A stretch of 32,705 nucleotides of DNA, filler included, from an uncultured virus (IMG/VR IMGVR_UViG_2061766007_002310) (taxonomy: Duplodnaviria > Heunggongvirae > Uroviricota > Caudoviricetes). It is 5 parts of one record of this genome, joined end to end, with 100 filler letters (N's around TTAATTAATTAA, not from the genome) between each part and the next. Parts side by side here need not be neighbours in the genome. Positions count along the whole stretch, not along the records: positions 13,676 to 20,537 come from IMGVR_UViG_2061766007_002310; positions 20,638 to 21,032 come from IMGVR_UViG_2061766007_002310; positions 21,133 to 28,595 come from IMGVR_UViG_2061766007_002310; positions 28,696 to 32,705 come from IMGVR_UViG_2061766007_002310; 1 more part is not named here. The stretch is one strand, 5' to 3'. The notes below the pieces were generated by a model. That model ran no database searches. It was given only the letters and a program-made list of their open reading frames with translations, and was not told the DNA's origin. Position numbers and translations under genes: made by a program. Numbering within the stretch: position 1 is the stretch's first letter; every line of letters starts with the position of its first letter. Below are positions 19,837 to 28,851 of this stretch, one piece after another.

Positions 19837-20020
19837 TCTTGCTCTTAACCTTGATATAAATTGCAATCAGTATACGGGCTACCATGAAGGCGTATACGCA
19901 GTTCTTGAAAGTCTTCACCAAAGACTTCCACTTGCTGGTACCCTTCTTCTCGGCTTCCTTGAGGAGCAGAAGCAACACCTGTTCCAATGCACGTAGTTTA
20001 ACCAATTTCGATACGGTCAT
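19829..20020 (-). CDS. small basic protein with C-terminal hydrophobic helix
   Basis: 63 aa; overlaps both neighbours and fills the gap between them. Confidence 0.5.
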   Translation of the reverse strand: MTVSKLVKLRALEQVLLLLLKEAEKKGTSKWKSLVKTFKNCVYAFMVARILIAIYIKVKSKNV

Positions 20021-20537
20021 ACTTCATCGCCTCGTTAATCATGTATCCGACCATTTGCTTTCCATCGACATACTTCGTGTTCTTGCCAAGGGATTCGTCA
20101 TTTACGAAGAATGACCCATTGTCCAATTGCCAGAATTGACCTCTGGCAAACACGACAAGTTGACTATCTTTCGTATACAGTCCCTTCTCTGGTTCCGAAT
20201 CCATCTGGTTTCGGTAAGCTTCGGTAACAGACTCGGCAGAAATACCGTCAATGTACCGTTTGAATTGGTCTTCAGTTTCAACATCAAATTCCGGTGCAAG
20301 GACAATTCTCGGACGCAACGCCGCACCGCTTGGATATTCAAGTGCAGTATCAATATACGCCACAGCAAACGCAGCTCTCGGCTGAAGGGATGGATACGAA
20401 GACCTCATTTCGGTGATAAAGTCTTCGATCATCTCTGGTTCGGTTTCGGCATCAATCGTAATGTCGGAAATCTTCTCCAGCCTGTACTTCTGCTTCACGT
20501 CCGGATACTTCTCGTGGTCGACTTCGGACAAGAACAT
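19998..20537 (-). CDS. C-terminal part of the DUF1653 fusion protein (allele at 16448-16714)
   Basis: MFLSEVDHEKYPDVKQKYR is the typical DUF1653 end, followed by about 155 further residues. Confidence 0.75.
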   Translation of the reverse strand: MFLSEVDHEKYPDVKQKYRLEKISDITIDAETEPEMIEDFITEMRSSYPSLQPRAAFAVAYIDTALEYPSGAALRPRIVLAPEFDVETEDQFKRYIDGISAESVTEAYRNQMDSEPEKGLYTKDSQLVVFARGQFWQLDNGSFFVNDESLGKNTKYVDGKQMVGYMINEAMKYDRIEIG

Positions 20538-20660
20538 NNNNNNNNNNNNNNNNNNNNNNNNNNNNNNNNNNNNNNNNNNNNTTAATTAATTAANNNNNNN
20601 NNNNNNNNNNNNNNNNNNNNNNNNNNNNNNNNNNNNNGGTCGGCTTAACATACTTTTTCT

Positions 20661-20915
20661 TCATTTTTTCCTCTTCGTTTTGTTAGGGTCTTCTCGGTGA
20701 ATACATAGATACTTGCGGTTCGTCTTGTTGCCGCCATCTTTGTAGACCGAGGTATAACCGTTTATCGAATTGAAATTTTCCAAAATCTGCTCACCAGCAG
20801 ATTTGCACTGCTCTTCGGTATGGAACTCGATGTGGTCAAGCGCAATTCCGCCACCTCCGCCCTGACGATAGCCACCAGTATTAAAAGCAAAGTACAAAAC
20901 AAGTATCCATTCCAT
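20661..20915 (-). CDS. small exported/membrane protein (MEWILVLYF..., 84 aa), strain-variable
   Basis: GAGG RBS; hydrophobic N-terminus; FxTxExC...C pattern; ATGA-coupled to the peptide gene. Confidence 0.7.
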   Translation of the reverse strand: MEWILVLYFAFNTGGYRQGGGGGIALDHIEFHTEEQCKSAGEQILENFNSINGYTSVYKDGGNKTNRKYLCIHREDPNKTKRKK

Positions 20916-20922
20916 AATAAAA

Positions 20923-20963
20923 ACCTCGCTCGCAAATATAGCAAGCGAGGTCAATTCTGTCAA
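20923..20963 (-). promoter_or_regulatory. allelic promoter/terminator hairpin
   Basis: TTGACA-N17-TATATT; stem ACCTCGCTTGC/GCGAGCGAGGT. Confidence 0.8.
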
Positions 20964-20972
20964 CTGGAACCG

Positions 20973-21847
20973 TTATTTCAAGCGGTCAAGGAACTCGTCG
21001 AGAGTGTCCGGCGTGTACACCTTGATGTTGTANNNNNNNNNNNNNNNNNNNNNNNNNNNNNNNNNNNNNNNNNNNNTTAATTAATTAANNNNNNNNNNNN
21101 NNNNNNNNNNNNNNNNNNNNNNNNNNNNNNNNAGGAGTAGTCAGCTTAAGAGAGCCAGCTGCGCCGTTACGTGGGTTGGTCATCGGCTTCTTACCAAGGT
21201 CTTCGAGCTGTTCGTTGAACGCATCGAAGTCGTCGTACTTCCAGAGGACTTCGCCACGCACCTCACAAATGCCAGCTGCAGCTACCTTCTGGTGGACGCC
21301 TTGGATCTTCACGGCGTTCTGGATAACGGAATCACCGACATTGTTCTTGCCACGAGTAACAGCGTCGTCGATCATCTTGTCCTTGTATTCAAGGGCAAGC
21401 GATGCACCGTCCAGCTTGTACTCAAGTTCGAACTTGCGTGCGCCGTACTTCTTGTACGTATCCTCGACCCATGCGCAAGCTTCCTCGATGCCGTTGGCGT
21501 TGGTGATGGAAACCATCGGAACGACGTGGGTNNNNNNNNNNTCTTGCGCCGTACTTCTTGTACGTATCCTCGACCCATGCGCAAGCCTCCTCGATGCCGT
21601 TTGCGTTGGTGATCGACACCATCGGAACGACGTGGGTGACTTTCTTGAAACCGTCCGACAAGTCTTCCGACGCATGCTGCGTGGGAGACTCCGGAAGGAT
21701 CACGTCTGGGTTGTTCAGCTCGTACTCCTTGAGCTGACGGTACTTGGCGTCGTACGTCGCGTCGGAAATCGGCGAATCGCCGTTTGAATATGCGGCGGCG
21801 AACTTGTTCAGTTCGTCCACCAGTTCACAGTATTCACCGTAAGTCAT
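20973..21847 (-). CDS. ligA: NAD-dependent DNA ligase, partial (middle missing at a linker)
   Basis: AYSNGDSPISDATYD, EYKLDG, AVTRG, EVRGEV, NPRNGAAGSL; start MTYGEY at 21847. Confidence 0.92.
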
Positions 21848-22944
21848 TGTTCGGCCTCTTTCTTGGTAAACATCATGTCCTTGATGTGCGGATGGCGGCC
21901 ACAGCACTGCGTTTCGAGGCAGAAGCATGCGTCCGGATTCATGAACTTATACTGTTCGCAAGTGGGCACGAACAGATTGTCGCAAATCCACTTCCATTCG
22001 TCATCAACTTCGGACAGAAGCTTCTTGAGTTCGTTGGCAAAGTCACGGATTTCCTTGAGAGCACGTGTGCATAGGCGCTTATTCATGAAGTTGATCAGCG
22101 TACGGACATTGATCTTCCACACCATCTTGGATTCCATGCCGAGAGGAAGCTGGTTGGCNNNNNNNNNNACGTACGGACATTGATCTTCCACACCATTTTG
22201 GATTCCATGCCGAGAGGAAGCTGGTTGGCGGCATCTTCCTTCGGAATGCCAAGGTCTAATAGCTTCCCATAGGTTTCCGCAATACGATCCATCCCATCAT
22301 TATATACTGCGTTTGCCGATTCATTGGCAACTACCTTCGGCGGTACATAATAATGGAAATCGTTCGCATCAACATATCGGGTGGACGACTGCACACGAGT
22401 CGGCGCACCGCCAATATGAGTATAGAGCTCACGCATCATCCTTGCAGAGTAGCCGTCAAGAACCATAGTGATGTCAGGGAACTCGATTACACGGCCATGG
22501 CCGGACTTGATACACGAAATAGCACGCTTNNNNNNNNNNAGCGTCCTCTTTAGCGACACCAAGCTTCATCAAGTAATCATATGTAGTAGCTTGATGCGCC
22601 ATTGCCTCATCGTAGATAGCCTTTGCCAAAGTGGTATTCGCTACCTTAGGCGGCGTATAATACTTGAAATTATCCGCTTCCACATATCGGGTGGACGACT
22701 GAACACGAGTCGGCGCACCGCCAATATGAGTATAGAGCTCACGCATCATTCTTGCTGAATAGCCGTCAAGAACCATAGTGATGTCAGGAAACTCGATTAC
22801 ACGGCCATGGCCGGACTTGATACACGAAATAGCACGCTTTCGGTTCTTCTCGGCATCGTCGATGGGTGCATTCCAGCACACACCGGCGCACTTACCGATG
22901 AACTGCAGCGGATTCTTGGTAATGTTCAGAAATTCGATTGACAT
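21844..22944 (-). CDS. thyX: flavin-dependent thymidylate synthase (overlapping allelic fragments)
   Basis: SGHGRVIEF, SARMMRELYTH...QSSTRY, PKEDAANQLP, NVRTL..F..KRLC.RA..EIR. Confidence 0.88.
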
Positions 22945-22951
22945 AAAAACC

Positions 22952-23131
22952 TTAGTAATTAGTTACTACGTACCAGATGGTCTTGTAGGCGACATAGAGC
23001 CAGCCGAGGAAGCCATGGAGGATGCACCACCCTACAGAATGGTTGAAGACCCACGACATGCACACGGCAATCGTTGTGCCTATTAAGGGGAAGGTGCATG
23101 ACACATTGGAGCCAGATTTGCTAGAAGACAT
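22952..23131 (-). CDS. 59-aa membrane protein MSSSKSGSNVSCTFPLIGTTIAVCMSWVFNHSVGWCILHGFLGWLYVAYKTIWYVVTNY (not in ORF track)
   Basis: Translated by hand; GAGG RBS; SW..N.S..W..LHG..GW.YV.Y pattern. Confidence 0.7.
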   Translation of the reverse strand: MSSSKSGSNVSCTFPLIGTTIAVCMSWVFNHSVGWCILHGFLGWLYVAYKTIWYVVTNY

Positions 23132-23177
23132 AATACCCTCTTATTCATTTTATGNNNNNNNNNNACAAGGTACACTA

Positions 23178-24642
23178 ATGCCTAAGACATCCAAGAAGCT
23201 TTCCCATGTGATCGGAAGGCCATCCAACACCGAGTCGAAGCAGTTCGGCAAGAATCTCGGTATCGCAAACCTCCTCATGCACTTCAACTTCGACAAGGCA
23301 CGTGTGGAAGCCTATCTGCACGAACTCATCGAGGCTGGCTGGCTCGCTCCGAACACGAAACCGTCCAAGTTCAAGGAAAACATCGAGGAAACTTGCAAGT
23401 TCATCACCACCCCGGTCTCCGAGGTTGGCACAGTAAAGCCGCTCAAGAACCCAAGGGAACGCCTCTCGCCAGATGACGAGCCGGAAGTCCAGGTTTTCGA
23501 GGATCATCCGATGTTCGACTACAGCGAAGAAGAGCGCCAAGGCGCAGAGGAACGCTACAAGTTCGAGATGAAGAAGACCGAGCGTTCCTTGAGGAAGCTC
23601 CGTCAAGAGGCATTCATCGGCAAGCAGAAGGTCAACCGCATGGCTATCGCCGCTGCGTCCGTCAAGCCAGCCGAAATCAAGCTCAACCTTGTCGATGCCA
23701 AGGTAAAAGGCTCCAACTACTGTGTGATGCCCATTTCCGACTTGCACTTCGGCGAAGTCGTACAGCCAAACGCTACCTACTGCTACAACAAGTACAATCC
23801 GGAAATCGCCCAGAAGCGTCTCGTGCGCCTCTTCGAGGAAACCTACCGTCACGCCAAGGCAGAAGGTTGCGACAAGCTCCATATCTTGTTGCTAGGTGAC
23901 TTAATATCCGGCGAAATCCACGACGAACTCCGTGAATCAAACGCATTCACCGCACCCAAGTGCGTGAGCGTGCTCAACTCGATCCTCATCGGCATCATCC
24001 TCGAATATGCGAAGCTGTTCAAGTCCGTGAGCATCGCTTGCGTGGTCGGTAACCATTCCCGTACCGGAAAGAAGCTCCAGGCCCACAACCGTTCTCTGGA
24101 CAACTACGAGCACATCATTTACAGCACCATCAAGGATCGCTGCGAGGCCGAAGCCAAGAACATTACAGTTGAATTTGACGAGGAAGCCCCGTTCGCAATC
24201 ACGACCATCGGCAATCAGCGCTGGATGATCGAGCACGGCGACCGCTANNNNNNNNNNCGAATTCGACGAAGAAGCCCCGTTCGCCATCACGACCATCGGC
24301 AATCAGCGCTGGATGATCGAGCACGGCGACCGCTACAAGGGCTCCACCGCCGCAGCTGGCGCTATCAACACCGTGCTGCGCAACATCGGCAACGACATCC
24401 GTCACAACCACGCAGACGTGGCCATCATGGGTCACTGGCACGTGGGCGCAGCTGGCGCAGTCGACGCACGTGAGGACGGTCGCATGACTAAGGTGTTCAT
24501 CAACCCCAGCATGGTCGGCCCCGACCCGTTCGCAGTGACTACGCTGCATGCCTTCTACCCTGCGGAATCCAACGTGTTCATCACGGACGGCAACAAGATC
24601 AAGTCCAAGATCGAGATCGACCTGTCCGAAATCCAGGGATAA
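23178..24642 (+). CDS. calcineurin-like metallophosphoesterase with N-terminal extension
   Basis: SDLH, GD, GNH, HGD and GHWH motifs in canonical order; short duplication at the 24248 gap. Confidence 0.88.
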
Positions 24643-24643
24643 T

Positions 24644-25358
24644 ATGTTTACAATCGAAAACTACAATCCGTTCGTCTTCGCAGACGTGGAGACCATGCTC
24701 CGTGCCAAATTCGCCAACACGGCTGGCATGGACAACACGGTGGTCGTCCTTGGTTCCAGCATTTCGAAGCTTACCCCGGAACAGTTCAAGCAGCAGCATC
24801 TGGGCATGCGTCTTGTCGTGTATAACTTGGAACAGCTCTTCAAGGGCAGTCCTTGGCTCAACAACAAGACCATGGCATGGCTCGCCGCCGCAGATGAAGT
24901 GTGNNNNNNNNNNCAACCTCGAACAGCTCTTCAAGGGCAGTCCCTGGCTCAACAACAAGACCATGGCATGGCTCGCCGCCGCAGATGAAGTGTGGGACTA
25001 CGATATCGAGAACATCAACTTCCTCTACGCCAACGGAATCCGTGCAAGCTACGTTCCGATGGAATACACCGAGGAACTGAAGTTCACTTCTACCTTCACT
25101 GGCCAGAAGGACATCGACGTCCTCTTCTACGGTGCGCCTACCGACCGCCGTCTGAAGATTCTGCAGAGCTGGATGGGCATGAGCCAGCATCACGCAGTAA
25201 CCATGATCGCCACCGGCATCAGCGGTAAGCTTCTGGAACACTACATCTACCGNNNNNNNNNNAATTCTGCAGAGCTGGATGGGCATGAGCCAGCACCACG
25301 CAGTCACAATGATCGCCACCGGCATCAGCGGTAAGCTTCTGGAACACTACATCTACCG
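24644..25358 (+). CDS. GT-B glycosyltransferase-like protein, 5' part
   Basis: YNLEQL, VWDYDIENI, KDIDVLFYG...RR..IL; starts 1 nt after the phosphoesterase stop. Confidence 0.65.
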
Positions 25359-25784
25359 NNNNNNNNNNNNNNNNNNNNNNNNNNNNNNNNNNNNNNNNNN
25401 NNNNNNNNNNNNNNNNNNNNNNNNNNNNNNNNNNNNNNNNNNNNNNNNNNNNNNNNNNNNNNNNNNNNNNNNNNNNNNNNNNNNNNNNNNNNNNNNNNNN
25501 NNNNNNNNNNNNNNNNNNNNNNNNNNNNNNNNNNNNNNNNNNNNNNNNNNNNNNNNNNNNNNNNNNNNNNNNNNNNNNNNNNNNNNNNNNNNNNNNNNNN
25601 NNNNNNNNNNNNNNNNNNNNNNNNNNNNNNNNNNNNNNNNNNNNNNNNNNNNNNNNNNNNNNNNNNNNNNNNNNNNNNNNNNNNNNNNNNNNNNNNNNNN
25701 NNNNNNNNNNNNNNNNNNNNNNNNNNNNNNNNNNNNNNNNNNNNNNNNNNNNNNNNNNNNNNNNNNNNNNNNNNNNNNNNNNNN

Positions 25785-25838
25785 GTAGATATAAAAACGG
25801 TAGGGGACCTGGTCAAACTGGTAGACTCGCTCATTTAA
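25785..25838 (+). CDS. allelic 3' end of the ACP-like gene
   Basis: VDIKTVGDLVKLVDSLI* matches 28470-28523. Confidence 0.8.
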   Translation, partial: VDIKTVGDLVKLVDSLI

Positions 25839-25841
25839 ATT

Positions 25842-25868
25842 AAAGGCCACCAAAACGGTGGCCTTTTT
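25842..25868 (+). terminator. intrinsic terminator after ACP (allele at 28527-28551)
   Basis: AAAGGCCACC-AAAAC-GGTGGCCTTTTT. Confidence 0.85.
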
Positions 25869-25903
25869 GATAAACTGTACGCAAATACACCGTACGGTAT
25901 TAT

Positions 25904-26818
25904 ATGCAATCAATCGAGTTCTACAAGGATGTCAAGGCCGTGTGCGACATCGCCGGACAACCAGCTCTCGCCGAATCAATCATCAATCTCCACAAGGCAT
26001 GCAACGAGTCTATTGACATCGATGAAATATCACCTACCGAAGAAGAGCTCAATGCCGCAGCCCCGGTAACTGAATCGGTCGGCAGTTCCGACAACGCCAT
26101 GTACACCATCGAGCCAGCCGACGACGAAGACGGCCCAAACGACTTGTACATCGAACTTCCGGCAAGCAAGGGCTGGACGCTCGACGACGCTGAAGCATTC
26201 GCCGAAATTCTGAAGGATAGCGCACCGAACAGCGCAGACGTGTTCTACATGGGAAGCTATGCAGAAGGCGGAACCTTCTTCCAGATCTACATAGACCAGA
26301 AGGAAGTACGCCCGATGACCATCGAAGAATGGGCAGCTCCCATCAAGGAAGTGATCAACGAAATCTACGGAGATAACAGCGAATCTGGCGACATCGAACG
26401 CAGCGTAGGAAACTCCATCGACACTGCTATGATGGATCACTATGACATGATGAACGGCGACATCGGAGACATCTTCGAATCGTCCGTCCAGACTCTCTGC
26501 GACAAGGCCGGAAAGCCAGCTCTAGCAGAAGCCGTCATTAAGTTGTTCAACGTGTACAAGCCAGTGATGGAAGCTGGCGAAGCCAAGCGTCACCGCATTC
26601 CTCGATACGTTGCAGATGAAGCTAACAACATCATCGCAAAGAACTTCGGATGGTCAGATGAGTTAAAGGCGAAAGAATTTGAAGAGACTTGGGACTGGAT
26701 GGAACGATACGCCGACGCATTTATCCCGGCATGGAATAAGACCGATAGTGTCGAAGCTGGTATCGAAGCCATTTACGATGCCGAAGAACATCAACAATGC
26801 ATGTTCGACGGAATCTAA
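25904..26818 (+). CDS. acidic protein with an internal repeated helix motif, possible virion internal protein
   Basis: 304 aa; VCDIAGQPALAESIINL and LCDKAGKPALAEAVIKL repeats. Confidence 0.75.
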   Translation: MQSIEFYKDVKAVCDIAGQPALAESIINLHKACNESIDIDEISPTEEELNAAAPVTESVGSSDNAMYTIEPADDEDGPNDLYIELPASKGWTLDDAEAFAEILKDSAPNSADVFYMGSYAEGGTFFQIYIDQKEVRPMTIEEWAAPIKEVINEIYGDNSESGDIERSVGNSIDTAMMDHYDMMNGDIGDIFESSVQTLCDKAGKPALAEAVIKLFNVYKPVMEAGEAKRHRIPRYVADEANNIIAKNFGWSDELKAKEFEETWDWMERYADAFIPAWNKTDSVEAGIEAIYDAEEHQQCMFDGI

Positions 26819-26833
26819 GTTCAGATCCGATTT

Positions 26834-26864
26834 AAAAATGGCTTGCTCAATGAGCAAGCCTTTC
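26834..26864. terminator. terminator between convergent genes
   Basis: GGCTTGCTC-AAT-GAGCAAGCC flanked by A and T tracts. Confidence 0.75.
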
Positions 26865-26866
26865 TT

Positions 26867-27953
26867 CTATTGTTCGATAGGTTCAAGTCCGGTTCCCTTG
26901 CAGTACTTGCAGACTTCTCCGTCATCGTCGACTCCGGTGCCTCCGCAAGCCTTGCAGAGTTCATCCTCATCATCGTCTTCAGTCGGCTCGAAGTCGTAGC
27001 CCTCACGGTCACGTTCCCAAGTATGGGACGGCACCTTGCTGAAGTCGTCCTCGTGGATAGAGGTGTTCGGCTTGTAGCCGGGAACTTCGTAGCGCAAGAT
27101 GATTTCCTTGATGAGCTTATGACGCACGATGTCGTCGATACCGAGCGTGACATATCCGATACGTGGAACGCCTCTCAAGAGATTCTGTGCGTGCATGAAG
27201 CCGGACGTGACCTTCGGAGGCAAGNNNNNNNNNNCTATGACGCACGATGTCGTCGATACCGAGCGTGACGTAGCCGATACGAGGCACGCCTTTCAAGAGA
27301 TTCTGTGCGTGCATGAAGCCGGACGTGACCTTCGGAGGCAAGTCAGTCTGGTTTGAGTCGCCGCATATAATCATCTTGGAATCCTTTCCTAGACGGGTCA
27401 GCATCATCTTCATCTGTGCGATGGTGGTGTTCTGGAACTCGTCGCAGACAATGAAGCTCTTCGCAAGCGTGGAGCCACGGATGTATGCGAGTGGGCACAC
27501 CTGTACACGCGAGTAGAAGTCGTTATTGGAGAAAGACTCCTCGACGTTCTTCTTCGCCTTCTTCTTGGAACGCTTTTCTTTGTCCGTAAGGACAGGCATC
27601 TTCTTGATGGTGTCCTCAGGCTTCTCACGGCGTCCCTTGATGAGGGAAATCGCATCGTACAGAGGTTGCATGTAAGGCGCTATCTTCTCGTCGAGACTGC
27701 CCGGCAAGAAACCGAGTTCCTCGCCGCCAGTAACGACTGGGCGTGTCAAGACAAGACGTTCGTATTCGCCGTCGTCGAGTCCGGCAATGCCGACCCACGT
27801 AGCGATAGCGGTCTTTCCAGTACCGGAAGGCCCGTTCACGAAGATAATGTCATTGGAGTTGATAGCATCGACGAGGCGCTGCTGGCCTTCAGTCTTAGTA
27901 TATATGGGTTTGTCGTGTCGATCACGAATGATCTCGGTTCCGCAAAAACTCAT
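26867..27953 (-). CDS. phoH: PhoH-family ATPase with C-terminal zinc-finger extension
   Basis: GPSGTGKT, LTRP, LGFLPG, PLAYIRGSTL, DEFQN, MLTRLG, GDSNQTD, DIVRH; start MSFCG supported by the allele at 28696-28758, where the upstream frame is broken. Confidence 0.93.
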
Positions 27954-28016
27954 GTAGAATCCTTGTATGGGAAGCTTCATTGCTTATAATATACGTTTAT
28001 CTCTTTNNNNNNNNNN

Positions 28017-28290
28017 TTCCAAGATCATCTTGAATCTCCATGCGTTCGAGAACGCATACCGTCAGGAACAGGTCAGAATGTTCGTCCCGGTCATCAACGG
28101 CAGCTGCGTAGTGTCCGAGCAGAGCACTCGAAACGAGTTCTCCACGGCAATCGTGGAATCCACCACTAGGAACCTCAACAGCACTTTGAAGACGCTGTTG
28201 AAGTCAGGTGACTGGGAACGTGTCGGTATGAATGCACCGGATACCTACAAGATCCACTGCAGCAACCGCTTCCGTAGCGGACTGAGGTAG
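28017..28290 (+). CDS. glycosyltransferase-like protein, 3' part
   Basis: SKIILNLH...EQVR...VVSEQS continues ...HYIYR from 25358. Confidence 0.65.
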
Positions 28291-28292
28291 TC

Positions 28293-28523
28293 ATGGATAC
28301 ATTCGAGAAAGTGCAAGAAATCATTGCGAACTTGTTCCAGATCCATCCGAATCAGATCACCATGGAATCCGACCTCAGCGACGACTTGCTCGCTGACGAG
28401 CTGGACAACGTGGAAATCATCATGGCAGTCGAGGACGAGTTCAACATCACTATCCATGACGAGGACGCTATCGATATAAAAACGGTAGGGGACCTGGTCA
28501 AACTGGTAGACTCGCTGATTTAA
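28293..28523 (+). CDS. acpP: acyl carrier protein homolog lacking the Ppant serine (S36E)
   Basis: DLLADELDNVEIIMAVEDEFNITIHDEDAIDIKTVGD aligns without gaps to the ACP consensus DLGADSLDxVELxMAxEEEF; GAGG RBS. Confidence 0.9.
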   Translation: MDTFEKVQEIIANLFQIHPNQITMESDLSDDLLADELDNVEIIMAVEDEFNITIHDEDAIDIKTVGDLVKLVDSLI

Positions 28524-28793
28524 ATCAAAGGCCACCGTTTTGGTGGCCTTTCTGATAAACTGCTCACAAATACCCAATCAGGTGTACAATGTTCTNNNNN
28601 NNNNNNNNNNNNNNNNNNNNNNNNNNNNNNNNNNNNNNNTTAATTAATTAANNNNNNNNNNNNNNNNNNNNNNNNNNNNNNNNNNNNNNNNNNNNCGTCT
28701 TGGTATAAATAGGTCTGTCGTGTCGATCACGAATGATCTCGGTTCCGCAAAAACTCATTCAAGAATCCTTGTATGGGTGGCATCATTGCCACT

Positions 28794-28822
28794 AATATAC
28801 GTTTATCGGATTTGAAATGCAA
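28794..28822 (-). promoter_or_regulatory. phoH promoter (allelic -10 at 27988-27993)
   Basis: TTGCAT-N17-TATATT with GATAAAC in the spacer. Confidence 0.6.
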
Positions 28823-28823
28823 G

Positions 28824-28849
28824 AAATGCCGTTTCGTAAACGGCATTTT
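28824..28849 (-). terminator. intrinsic terminator
   Basis: AAATGCCGTTT-CGT-AAACGGCATTT just after the stop at 28852. Confidence 0.8.
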
Positions 28850-28851
28850 AC

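Noticed and set aside
23022..23154. N-terminal extension of the phosphoesterase ORF
   Set aside because: Lies on another fragment across a gap and is antisense to a convincing 59-aa membrane gene; the real start is 23178.
27954..27980. Leaderless phoH start MKLPIQGFY
   Set aside because: The allele at 28759-28786 has an indel that breaks this frame while keeping AAGGA and ATGAGT, favouring 27953.
13620..28651. Four copies of TTAATTAATTAA as a biological repeat
   Set aside because: Each sits in the middle of an N44/N44 spacer; it is an artificial six-frame-stop linker.
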